IMG/VR virus record: IMGVR_UViG_3300045988_076131
Span: 10,380-74,379 of that record
Length of the DNA stretch: 64,000 nucleotides
Origin: a virus
Strand: one strand, 5' to 3'
In this document: piece by piece, positions 53,321 to 61,543 of the stretch
How positions within the stretch are numbered: the first letter of the stretch is position 1
How the letters are laid out: the number at the start of each line of letters is the position of its first letter
Made by a program: the position numbers and the translations under genes
Notes under the pieces: generated by a model
What the model saw: the letters and a program-made list of their open reading frames with translations, nothing else
Database searches by the model: none
Told to the model about the DNA's origin: nothing

Positions 53321-53348
53321 GCACGCGCGAGGAGCTGCACCTACACCA

Positions 53349-53735
53349 CTACGCCACGCCGAACTTTTTCGCCTCGTCGTGCCTGCCTGCCTTCCACTCC
53401 TGCTCCTGCCTTCTCTCTTCCCCCCTATATCCCCCCCCCACGGTGCGCAGCCTCGCCGCCGTTGTGCGCTCTGGATGCAGCGCCGTGCACCACTCGCCGC
53501 CTCGCTTTCCGTCGATCATTAGGCACGCCCGCCGCCCTTCCGTGCTGCCATCTGTAAAATGTTCTTTCAGGCGCGCGAGGCGTTCGGCTATTTTGCGCCG
53601 TTCTGCCGCTTTCTTTCGTGCCGGCTTATAGCTTACACGCCGCCGTATCTGCACGCCGTTACACGCAAAGAAAACAGGCCTATTTGCGAAGTTGTGCGCC
53701 GTGCCTATCTTCCTCCGTGCCAACGTTTTATACAC
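53349..53735 (-). CDS. doubtful ORF in a GC-rich islet (basic protein; GTG start; contains G9 and G6 tracts)
   Basis: 128 codons. Composition is visibly more GC-rich than the flanks, and no promoter was recognised. Confidence 0.25.
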   Translation of the reverse strand: MYKTLARRKIGTAHNFANRPVFFACNGVQIRRRVSYKPARKKAAERRKIAERLARLKEHFTDGSTEGRRACLMIDGKRGGEWCTALHPERTTAARLRTVGGGYRGEERRQEQEWKAGRHDEAKKFGVA

Positions 53736-53779
53736 TCAAAAAAAAGTTTCACTTTTTGAAAAAAAAACTTACAAAAAAA

Positions 53780-53811
53780 CTTGCACGTTTCAAAAAAACA
53801 TGCTACCTTTG
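53780..53811 (+). promoter_or_regulatory. Bacteroidetes-type promoter P1 facing the accessory operon
   Basis: CTTG (53780-53783), a 20-nt spacer, then TACCTTTG (53804-53811). Confidence 0.55.
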
Positions 53812-53879
53812 CACTCGCAAGATGGGAACAAAAAAACATCTTACTCGTTCTTTGAACTTATTGTATATTTATATATAGG

Positions 53880-53961
53880 TAAAATAGAAAAAGCCCGCAA
53901 CTGGCTGCAACCAGTTGCGGGCGGCGTGAAGGCAAAACGCTTCACCTGCTTAAATCCTCAA
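53880..53961 (-). ncRNA. candidate ~75-80 nt antisense sRNA (two hairpins plus U-tail)
   Basis: Its own promoter lies at 53968-53999. It has a 6-bp hairpin (53926-53945), a perfect 12-bp hairpin (53893-53922), then UUUUUCUAUUUU. Confidence 0.45.
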
Positions 53962-53967
53962 GCGGTG

Positions 53968-53999
53968 CAAATTTAGCTATTTTATTCGGTCCCTGCAAA
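53968..53999 (-). promoter_or_regulatory. Bacteroidetes-type promoter of the sRNA candidate
   Basis: Minus strand reads TTTG (plus-strand CAAA at 53996-53999), a 20-nt spacer, then TAAATTTG (53968-53975). Confidence 0.55.
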
Positions 54000-54278
54000 T
54001 TTGGCGGCGGTTTTCTTCGAATAAAATTATTTTTCCAACGGTATAAATATTTGATATTATAGCGTTCTTTGGCTTGTTTACATACAAAAAAATACTTCTG
54101 TATTAACATTATTAAACGTGTTATTACAGCCTGTCGGAGATGTGTCGCGCTGTGCGAGCGTGTAAAAGATAGTAGCTCAACGGGGCAAAATGCACTTAAT
54201 TCGCACATCAAAACACCTGCCTCCCGTGGCGGTTGAAGTCCGCCGCAGGCACGATAATAACAACAAATATTTAACAAT

Positions 54279-55595
54279 ATGGAAAAATTAAGCACATCAC
54301 AGATGCGCCAGAACGGTCTGACAGCCTTCGAGGCTGAACTCGTCAACTACATTTTAACAAATGAAATCAGCGAGGGCACAACGTTTCGCGGCGTGCCAGG
54401 GCATCCCCGTTACGGCGCAAGTAAGGAGGAGGAGCTCGTTGTGGTCTTCAACTCCGAGACTCTGAGCGTTGAGCGTGTAGGCAAGAAAACAATAACAATA
54501 AATTTCGCAGACTACACAGCAGGACGAAAGAGAGCAGCAACAAACACCACCACCACAACAACAAGCAATAACACAAATAATAATAACAATAATAATAATA
54601 ATAATACGGAAGAGCAGAACACAGCAGCAACAACAAACACTAACAACAACAACGTAAATAACGCGGCGTTAAGTTTTATGCAGCAGATGTTCGCGCAGCA
54701 GCAGGAGGAGGGCTACCAAAGAGCGAAAGCAGAAAGCGCTGCCGAGATCGATAGCCTTAAAAAGCAAATAGAGGAGGCGAAGAAGGTAGGCACAGGCAGT
54801 GTTATTAACGTTGTCGTGGATGGCAAGAAGACAACGACAAAAACCGAACAGGTTTTAGATCCGAATTTTGGAAACATCTTGAAACTTGTCGCAGCACACG
54901 AAAATGTGTATTTGTACGGCCCGGCAGGCAGCGGCAAAAACACAATAGCCGAGCAGATAGCCGACGCCCTCGGAGTTGATTTTTACTATCAAAATACGTT
55001 GGTTACAAAGTTTGACGTATCAGGCTACAAGAACGCACAGGGCGAGTACGAAGAAACACCATTTTATAAAGCGTGGAAAAACGGCGGTTTATTCTTTGCC
55101 GACGAACTCGACAACAGCACCGCCGAGGCTATTATAGCCATAAACGCTGCACTCGCTAACGGTTACTACACATTCCCCAACAGCGGCGAGAAGGTAGCAA
55201 AAAACCCGAATTTCTACTGCATCGCAGCCGGAAATACCAACGGACAGGGCGCAACGGAAGAGTATTGTGGGCGCTATCAGATAGACGAGAGCAGCCGCGA
55301 CCGCTTCGCCTTCATCGAAATAGGTTATAACATGAAAGTAGAAGAGAGTATTTGCGGCGGACATCTCGATATATTGGAGTTCGTGCGCGACCTTCGCAGC
55401 GTTACAAAGAGTTTACAAATTAAATTAATTTGTGGATACCGCGCAATTTCGCGCCTCGCAAAGTTCTACGGCATGAATACGAAATTTGTGCTCGACTCCT
55501 TCATCTTTAAGGGCCTCGCCCTGGATGATATACGAGAGATCGCCGCAGCGTTGAGCAGCGAAAACAAGTACATGAAAGAGACTAAGAAATATTAA
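54279..55595 (+). CDS. AAA_5-type ATPase (CobS/MoxR/dynein-related) with an N-terminal Asn/Thr low-complexity tract
   Basis: Walker A LYGPAGSGKNT, Walker B LFFADELD. Residues ~88-128 read TNTTTTTTSNNTNNNNNNNNNNTEEQNTAATTNTNNNNVNN. Confidence 0.8.
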   Translation: MEKLSTSQMRQNGLTAFEAELVNYILTNEISEGTTFRGVPGHPRYGASKEEELVVVFNSETLSVERVGKKTITINFADYTAGRKRAATNTTTTTTSNNTNNNNNNNNNNTEEQNTAATTNTNNNNVNNAALSFMQQMFAQQQEEGYQRAKAESAAEIDSLKKQIEEAKKVGTGSVINVVVDGKKTTTKTEQVLDPNFGNILKLVAAHENVYLYGPAGSGKNTIAEQIADALGVDFYYQNTLVTKFDVSGYKNAQGEYEETPFYKAWKNGGLFFADELDNSTAEAIIAINAALANGYYTFPNSGEKVAKNPNFYCIAAGNTNGQGATEEYCGRYQIDESSRDRFAFIEIGYNMKVEESICGGHLDILEFVRDLRSVTKSLQIKLICGYRAISRLAKFYGMNTKFVLDSFIFKGLALDDIREIAAALSSENKYMKETKKY

Positions 55596-55653
55596 GTAAA
55601 ACCCGTCCTACACGCAAATATAAAAGCGTGTAGGACACAAAATAACAACGAAT

Positions 55654-56451
55654 ATGGATATAACAGTTAAAGAACGTTACAACAGTATAGCCGAATTCCA
55701 AAAAGCGTTAGGACGCAAGAGAATAGGCAAAATGTACGACGAGAGCAACGAACACGTATTTGACAAAGATTTTTGCGGAACAAACACACATAAAGAAGCG
55801 GACGAACTTCTAATAAACGGTGACACATTCACGGCGAAAATAATTGAAGGTTGCAACAAAAATAAACGTCTTAACAGAACTACAAACACAATAAAGCAGG
55901 ACTTTTGCGGATTTGTTCCGAACGTCGGCGCCGTTGTTTCCGGAAGTCCTATAAATATGTACAATGTTGTTAAGCAAACGACATACAAAAATACAAAAGT
56001 GCTAAATTTTGTTTACTTTATTGGTGCGAGCTGTGACGTTGACAAAAAAGAATTAGCCGCCGCAGGCGCAAAACTCCTAAATATTATTAACACATTAGAG
56101 GCTCAAGGCTATAGAACGAATATTTTTGCCGCTCGTTGTATTGTTCCAATTATCAACGGAAAAGCACAAAATAAAAGCCTTTTAAATTTGGCCGTGAAGA
56201 TAAAAGACAGCGGCAAGCACCTAAATATAACAAAAATAGCCTATCCAATAGCGCACCCCTCCTTTTTTCGCCGTCACTGCTTTAAGTGGGCGGACACCGT
56301 TTGCAAAAATCTTACAAGCACATACTCCGAGAGCGATCAGGGTGTTTTGAAGGCAGCAGCCGACAAAATTTGCAAAGGTGCAAAGTTTATCAACTTCTAC
56401 ACATTGAGCAAACAAAGTGAAGAAGACATTTTAAGGTACATATTAGGTTAG
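55654..56451 (+). CDS. hypothetical protein, likely partner of the AAA_5 ATPase
   Basis: 265 aa, immediately downstream on the same strand. Confidence 0.55.
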   Translation: MDITVKERYNSIAEFQKALGRKRIGKMYDESNEHVFDKDFCGTNTHKEADELLINGDTFTAKIIEGCNKNKRLNRTTNTIKQDFCGFVPNVGAVVSGSPINMYNVVKQTTYKNTKVLNFVYFIGASCDVDKKELAAAGAKLLNIINTLEAQGYRTNIFAARCIVPIINGKAQNKSLLNLAVKIKDSGKHLNITKIAYPIAHPSFFRRHCFKWADTVCKNLTSTYSESDQGVLKAAADKICKGAKFINFYTLSKQSEEDILRYILG

Positions 56452-56526
56452 GATGAAAAACCGCTGCGCCCTGCACCTATAAGGCAGGGCGCAAACAAAC
56501 GGCACACAACGAAAATAAACGACATT

Positions 56527-56727
56527 ATGAAAGAATATACTACAAGATACGACACGGAAAAGTTGCAGGGCGTGTGTTATAGCTTCCGCGCTGAAAGCGA
56601 CGAGGCGGCAAGAAGTTACGTTAAGCATAACATTGTAAACATCACGAACGTACAACTATACGACGACACCGACACGGCGAGAGCCTGCGCAGGACGTTTA
56701 GTTTTTGACAACATCAACACAATATAA
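56527..56727 (+). CDS. hypothetical protein
   Basis: 66-codon ORF. Confidence 0.45.
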   Translation: MKEYTTRYDTEKLQGVCYSFRAESDEAARSYVKHNIVNITNVQLYDDTDTARACAGRLVFDNINTI

Positions 56728-56743
56728 ATATAAATATAAATAT

Positions 56744-56833
56744 ATGGCAACATTAGTAATACTTTTAGCCTTCATTTCGTACGTCGTTGGCGTATTCGTA
56801 GGCACGCACATTAAGGAGTTCACAACTGAATAA
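56744..56833 (+). CDS. 29-aa hydrophobic peptide
   Basis: MATLVILLAFISYVVGVFVGTHIKEFTTE. Below the track cut-off. Confidence 0.3.
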   Translation: MATLVILLAFISYVVGVFVGTHIKEFTTE

Positions 56834-56856
56834 ATAACACTTTAAATTATTGCATT

Positions 56857-57780
56857 ATGGCAAAGTTAACAATTTTAGACGCCGCCGTATATTGCGGCAC
56901 GTACAAAAAGTACAACGAGGGCAGCCTCGACGGTGGATGGCTGCACCTTGGAAGATACCAGAACGCTGCGGCGTTCTTGGAAGCGTGCAAGAAGCTGCAC
57001 GCCGACGAAAGCGATCCGGAGTTTATGTATCAGGATTTCGAATACCTGCCGGACGAGTTCTACTCCGAGTCGTGCATATATCCGGAAGTCTTCGAGGTTA
57101 TACAAGCAATAAAGCAGATGAACCCCGACAAGCAAGCCGCTTTTGCTGACTTCTGCGAGCGTGGCGCGTGCATCCCTGATATGTTCGACGTTGAGGAGTT
57201 TTTGCTCACGTACAAGCCAAATAGAAAGCCACACAAGACAGCGCAGAGCGAGGACATGAAGGAGTTCTCCGAACTCTTCAAAACGTGGTATTACTTGGAT
57301 CATACCGCCGAAGCTCTGAAGGTAGACGAAAAACACTTCATTACATTCGACAGACAAAACATCGAGAAGTCGTTTTGCTTCGGCTGGAGCTGTCAAGGGG
57401 GGATGACGTGCGAAGAAGCAACCGACATGTGCCACAACTTCGGCGAGGCTGAATTTAAGGCAGAAAACCTCGAGCGCTTCGACCGGGAGTACAAACACGC
57501 CTTGGAAGCGGTTGAAGAAAATCAGATAACACTCGGGCAACATTACACGCGCGGCACGTCTGAGGAGTTCGGAGCTGAAATCATGTTTATAAAAAAGCGT
57601 GGCACCAACGACGACGACGGCGACATAACTCTAAGCGTTGAAGATAGCACCAAACTACGCGAAGCGTACAAACAGAAGGTGCAGGATCTTCGCAACGAGT
57701 TCGAAAAACGCTTGGACGCGTACCTTAAAAAATACGGACTGAGTAAAATTCGCCGTTGGACTTATTGCGCCGACGATTAA
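56857..57780 (+). CDS. ardA: ArdA-like antirestriction protein (N-terminal ArdA domain plus an unrelated ~180-aa extension)
   Basis: AAVYCGTYKKYNEGSLDGGWLHL ... DPEFMYQDFEYLP parallels the ArdA VYIANLGKYNEGELVGAWFTF ... EYAIHDYELPF. Confidence 0.7.
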   Translation: MAKLTILDAAVYCGTYKKYNEGSLDGGWLHLGRYQNAAAFLEACKKLHADESDPEFMYQDFEYLPDEFYSESCIYPEVFEVIQAIKQMNPDKQAAFADFCERGACIPDMFDVEEFLLTYKPNRKPHKTAQSEDMKEFSELFKTWYYLDHTAEALKVDEKHFITFDRQNIEKSFCFGWSCQGGMTCEEATDMCHNFGEAEFKAENLERFDREYKHALEAVEENQITLGQHYTRGTSEEFGAEIMFIKKRGTNDDDGDITLSVEDSTKLREAYKQKVQDLRNEFEKRLDAYLKKYGLSKIRRWTYCADD

Positions 57781-57871
57781 AAACGCACTTGGTGCCAGGA
57801 GTTGAATAAACGGCCTGCTCCCGTGTTCGATGCACGGGCACCAACTAATAACAGCTAAAAAAAATACGAAT

Positions 57872-58165
57872 ATGACAGACGACAAAGACATTTTACAGGC
57901 ACTATACGCCGCATGTGTTCAAGCCTGGGCGCGGTTTAGAAAGCGTTGGAAGGGCGGCAAAAGTTCCGACAAGTACACGGCGAGCGAGGTTAGCAAGTAT
58001 TTTGACTGTAGCCTCCGCGAGGTTTTCGCATACGACATGAAAACCGAAATAATTGTCGGGAGCTTCTCCTGTTCGGTCCGCACAAGTGATTTATTTAAAT
58101 TCGCTGCGAGGTTTGAACGAATAAGCAGAACGAGAACAAACGAGAGATTGACATTTGAATTATAA
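57872..58165 (+). CDS. hypothetical protein
   Basis: ATG at 57872 within track ORF 57830..58165. Confidence 0.5.
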   Translation: MTDDKDILQALYAACVQAWARFRKRWKGGKSSDKYTASEVSKYFDCSLREVFAYDMKTEIIVGSFSCSVRTSDLFKFAARFERISRTRTNERLTFEL

Positions 58166-58185
58166 ATCATTAAAAATAAAACATC

Positions 58186-58419
58186 ATGGAGTTTAATGTA
58201 TTGAAAGAAGCATTGATTAATGCACAGGAGAACATGTGGAACGGAGTTATCAAAACACACAACAGCTGCACAGACTTTAGTTTTATCAAGGGCGACCCCA
58301 GCGAAGATGACATTATCGGATACGATAGCAGGACGAAAACAATAACAATACTCGGCAAAACTCATAACACTTACATCGACTGCGACGCAATAGAATGTAT
58401 AGAGGTATATAGAAACTAA
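58186..58419 (+). CDS. hypothetical protein
   Basis: 77-codon ORF. Confidence 0.5.
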   Translation: MEFNVLKEALINAQENMWNGVIKTHNSCTDFSFIKGDPSEDDIIGYDSRTKTITILGKTHNTYIDCDAIECIEVYRN

Positions 58420-58502
58420 GTAGCGCAGCCGCGAGTAGCTAACGGCTATCTCTCAGAGCAAGACTGGGCGCGGCACAAGTTTAACAATAAAAATAAAGCA
58501 CT

Positions 58503-58796
58503 ATGAAACAGAATGTAACAAAATTCGAGGCGGGCAAAACCTATATAATGGTCTCGCCGTGTAACACCGATGCACGTTGGAAGCTCGAAGTAATTAGCCG
58601 GACTGAAAAAACTATCACGGTAATGGGCGACCTTCTGAGAGGTGTAAGAACAAAGAAGCTCCGAATATCCGTAACTCCTGCCGGACATTACGGGATGCTC
58701 GAAGAAACCTGCAAGCCGCTCGGCAACTACTCGTTGAGTCCGACACTACGGGCAACAGCGACAACGGAAGATTTTAAAATCATCTACGGATATTAA
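58503..58796 (+). CDS. hypothetical protein
   Basis: 97-codon ORF. Confidence 0.5.
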   Translation: MKQNVTKFEAGKTYIMVSPCNTDARWKLEVISRTEKTITVMGDLLRGVRTKKLRISVTPAGHYGMLEETCKPLGNYSLSPTLRATATTEDFKIIYGY

Positions 58797-58810
58797 AAAC
58801 ACTTTGGAAT

Positions 58811-59110
58811 ATGAATACAAGGAAGAAGACACCGAAAGCGATTTACGAGCAAATAAACCGCATCGTAGGCTATCTTACAAGAAAAACCTGGAAGAACGGA
58901 ACGCCGAGCGACGAGGAGTATAATAAGTTGCTCGAAACCTGTAGTGCTATCGGCTTAACAGCATCGCGGTACATTTCTAATATCTACAAGTTGGCAGGAG
59001 TCGACATGAACTGCGCTTCGGCACCGGAAAGCAACGAAGTTTGGAACAACTACCAGGCGAGCAGGGAAGAGTACACAAACAACAACCGCTTACACAAAAA
59101 AAGCAAATAA
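58811..59110 (+). CDS. hypothetical protein
   Basis: 99-codon ORF. Confidence 0.5.
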   Translation: MNTRKKTPKAIYEQINRIVGYLTRKTWKNGTPSDEEYNKLLETCSAIGLTASRYISNIYKLAGVDMNCASAPESNEVWNNYQASREEYTNNNRLHKKSK

Positions 59111-59123
59111 TATTTATAAAAAA

Positions 59124-59168
59124 CTTGTAGTTCTTTGCAAAAACAACTACCTTTGCAAAGAACTACAA
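59124..59168 (+). promoter_or_regulatory. promoter P2 embedded in a perfect 17-bp inverted repeat (operator or recombinase site)
   Basis: CTTG (59124-59127), a 20-nt spacer, TACCTTTG (59148-59155). Inverted repeat: ttgtagttctttgcaaa (59125-59141) / tttgcaaagaactacaa (59152-59168). Confidence 0.6.
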
Positions 59169-59187
59169 ACTAAAAACAACAAACATT

Positions 59188-59256
59188 ATGATGGAAATTA
59201 TGATTATATTGTGGATTATAGGAGTACTATTCGGTGCTTCTCAGGGTCGCAAGTAA
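59188..59256 (+). CDS. 22-aa hydrophobic leader peptide
   Basis: MMEIMIILWIIGVLFGASQGRK, between P2 and the recombinase gene. Confidence 0.25.
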   Translation: MMEIMIILWIIGVLFGASQGRK

Positions 59257-59275
59257 ACAACAAGGAGGATATATT

Positions 59276-60052
59276 ATGAAGAAGTTTGTAGCATGGCGTC
59301 GAGTATCGACGAAACAGCAGGGCGCATCAGGTCTCGGACTTGCAGCGCAGAAACAGATAATAGAATACTTTGTGCAGGCAGAAGGGGGTGAACTCGTTGC
59401 TGATTACAGCGACGTGTACACGGGCAAGGACCTGGAAGGCTGCACCGAACTCCAGAAGGCTATGGCACGATGTAGAGAAGAAGGAGCTACGCTTATTATA
59501 GCGAAGTCCGACCGCTTCCGTAACACGGTAGAAGCCCTTGGAATATACGACCAGATGGAAGGAAACATCTTTTTCTGCGACCTCCCGAAGACAGACAAGT
59601 TCACACTGACTTTGTTTTTCGCACTCGCTGAGCGTGAAGCTTTGCTCGTCTCGATCCGAACAAAGCAGGCACTTGCAGCAAAGAAAGCCGGCGGAGTTAA
59701 GCTCGGGCGACCGAAGGGCTGCGACATATCGAAAGCCATTACAGCCTCCAGCGTATCACGTCGCCAACAGATGATCGAAAACAAGTCAAATAAAACAATA
59801 TGGCAGGTGTGCCAGCTCTGCACAGAGCGAGGCACAGACCGCAGGCAGGCGAATTTCGAGAAGGCGACAAAGATACTTGTAGATATGGGTATCAAGACAA
59901 GCAGGGGCAACGACCTGACATTGACAAATGTTCGCCAGACTTGGTATAACCTCCGTAAGGTATTCGGGGACTCAAAGGACACGTTGTCAAAGCGTGACTA
60001 TCAACGCCGCTTGGAACAGGCACCCGAACAGCTCCAGGAAACGAACGTCTAA
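59276..60052 (+). CDS. small serine recombinase (resolvase/invertase family)
   Basis: MKKFVAWRRVSTKQQGASGLGLAAQ... (the Y/W-x-R-V-S-T-x-x-Q catalytic Ser motif) and a C-terminal HTH-like region. ATG is preceded by aggagg. Confidence 0.85.
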   Translation: MKKFVAWRRVSTKQQGASGLGLAAQKQIIEYFVQAEGGELVADYSDVYTGKDLEGCTELQKAMARCREEGATLIIAKSDRFRNTVEALGIYDQMEGNIFFCDLPKTDKFTLTLFFALAEREALLVSIRTKQALAAKKAGGVKLGRPKGCDISKAITASSVSRRQQMIENKSNKTIWQVCQLCTERGTDRRQANFEKATKILVDMGIKTSRGNDLTLTNVRQTWYNLRKVFGDSKDTLSKRDYQRRLEQAPEQLQETNV

Positions 60053-60070
60053 CCAGAACAAGCAGGAACT

Positions 60071-60337
60071 ATGGCAAGATATATTGACGAAATTGTCTAT
60101 CAGCAGAGAGACAAGTCCTTTGAGTTCGGAGTTTTGGAAAACTCCTTGGATAGGCATTATGAACCCATTGAGCTTTCCGGCATCAGTGAGGTTAAACAAG
60201 TCTACGGTGGCCACGGATGTAAATACCTGGGTAGTCACAATATCTGGAACTACCAATATAACAAAGAGGTTAAAACGGAAGTCTTCTACGACAAGACAAA
60301 CGACCTATTCTTTGGAGTTTTTGAAGTACAACAATAA
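60071..60337 (+). CDS. hypothetical protein
   Basis: 88-codon ORF. Confidence 0.5.
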   Translation: MARYIDEIVYQQRDKSFEFGVLENSLDRHYEPIELSGISEVKQVYGGHGCKYLGSHNIWNYQYNKEVKTEVFYDKTNDLFFGVFEVQQ

Positions 60338-60377
60338 TAACAGATTCAGCCCTACGCATCACGGTAAGCGAAATATT

Positions 60378-60653
60378 ATGAAGAAGTTAAGCAAAGAAGA
60401 AGCTATTGATAAGTTTGGCGAGGATACCGTCAACAAGGCGATGCAAACAAACGCAGAGCCTACCAGTAGAGTCATGTATCCATCTTACGAGGTTCCTTCA
60501 CATATTGGCAAGGCTGAGTATGCGGGAGACCCGGTAAAGGTTGGCGGTTGGAAACTGACGGCATACTATTATCTTTCTCCTGAGGACGAAGAGAACACGG
60601 AATCCTTCGACTGGGATGGTAACGTGGAGTTTGAAGCAGAAGAAATTTGGTAA
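60378..60653 (+). CDS. hypothetical protein
   Basis: ATG at 60378 (MKKLSKEEAIDKF...) within track ORF 59928..60653. Confidence 0.5.
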   Translation: MKKLSKEEAIDKFGEDTVNKAMQTNAEPTSRVMYPSYEVPSHIGKAEYAGDPVKVGGWKLTAYYYLSPEDEENTESFDWDGNVEFEAEEIW

Positions 60654-60690
60654 ACACCTAAGCCCTCGACAACACGGTTAAGTCAATATT

Positions 60691-60960
60691 ATGAAGAAAT
60701 ACAGCGTATATTGGAACAATAACGTTGAGTGCAACAAGGTTGCGGAGTTCGCCACATTGGACGAAGCTAAAGCCTATTGCACAGAGAACACAAAGGGCTG
60801 CGACGAGGTTTGTGCAGGCGACAACTGCTATGAAGGTCGCAGCAACAATTTCCGTTACGAAGTCTACGAAGGCGACAGCTGCTTTGTTCTTAACGAGGAC
60901 GGCGACGTTGCGGAGTTCAAGAATACCGTTTATGAAACCGAACAGTTTTATTGCAATTAA
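60691..60960 (+). CDS. hypothetical protein
   Basis: 89-codon ORF. Confidence 0.5.
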   Translation: MKKYSVYWNNNVECNKVAEFATLDEAKAYCTENTKGCDEVCAGDNCYEGRSNNFRYEVYEGDSCFVLNEDGDVAEFKNTVYETEQFYCN

Positions 60961-60976
60961 TATAGCTAAGAATATC

Positions 60977-61180
60977 ATGTACGAAATAATAGATGTAATA
61001 CACGACTATCTGTTTGTTACGCTCCGTCTGCGCGATGTACGGACGGGCGCAATAAGAGATTGGCAGCACTGGGACGACCTCGAAGACTGGCTGTGCGAGG
61101 AGTACGGCGTGAAAGAATTGAAAGGTCTTGTTATGGATGCCCTGCCCAAACATGGCGGCTGGGTAGACTCTGAAAAATAA
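60977..61180 (+). CDS. hypothetical protein
   Basis: ATG at 60977 (MYEIIDVIHDY...) within track ORF 60725..61180. Confidence 0.45.
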   Translation: MYEIIDVIHDYLFVTLRLRDVRTGAIRDWQHWDDLEDWLCEEYGVKELKGLVMDALPKHGGWVDSEK

Positions 61181-61211
61181 AATTATTAGTCATAAATTTA
61201 AAACAATCAAT

Positions 61212-61523
61212 ATGATGGACACAGCAAACATAAAGTTTAATCGAGTTGTAGCAAAGAACAACTTTAAGTTCTCCGACATGGAAGAACTGAAAGCAGCGGT
61301 CGAGAAGTCTATCCTCGGCGAAACTGGCTTGATAGTCGCCGGCACGGAAAAGAAAGCGAAGGAGATTTTGACCCCGGACGGCACACTTGAAATACAAAAG
61401 AGCATCGCAGGCGAGGCGATAGCCTTCCTCTCTGACGAAACCGCTGTTAATGTGAGGCTCATACAGCTCAACGCACACGGCTTATTCAAGTTCGTTTACG
61501 TTTTAAAGGTTAGATTGTTATAA
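61212..61523 (+). CDS. hypothetical protein
   Basis: 103-codon ORF. Confidence 0.5.
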   Translation: MMDTANIKFNRVVAKNNFKFSDMEELKAAVEKSILGETGLIVAGTEKKAKEILTPDGTLEIQKSIAGEAIAFLSDETAVNVRLIQLNAHGLFKFVYVLKVRLL

Positions 61524-61543
61524 CACAATGAACAAAGAAAGAT

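Noticed and set aside
53942-54346. 134-codon minus-strand ORF
   Set aside because: It spans the sRNA promoter region and the start of the AAA ATPase gene. Its product has an implausible composition, and the region is better explained by promoters and hairpins.
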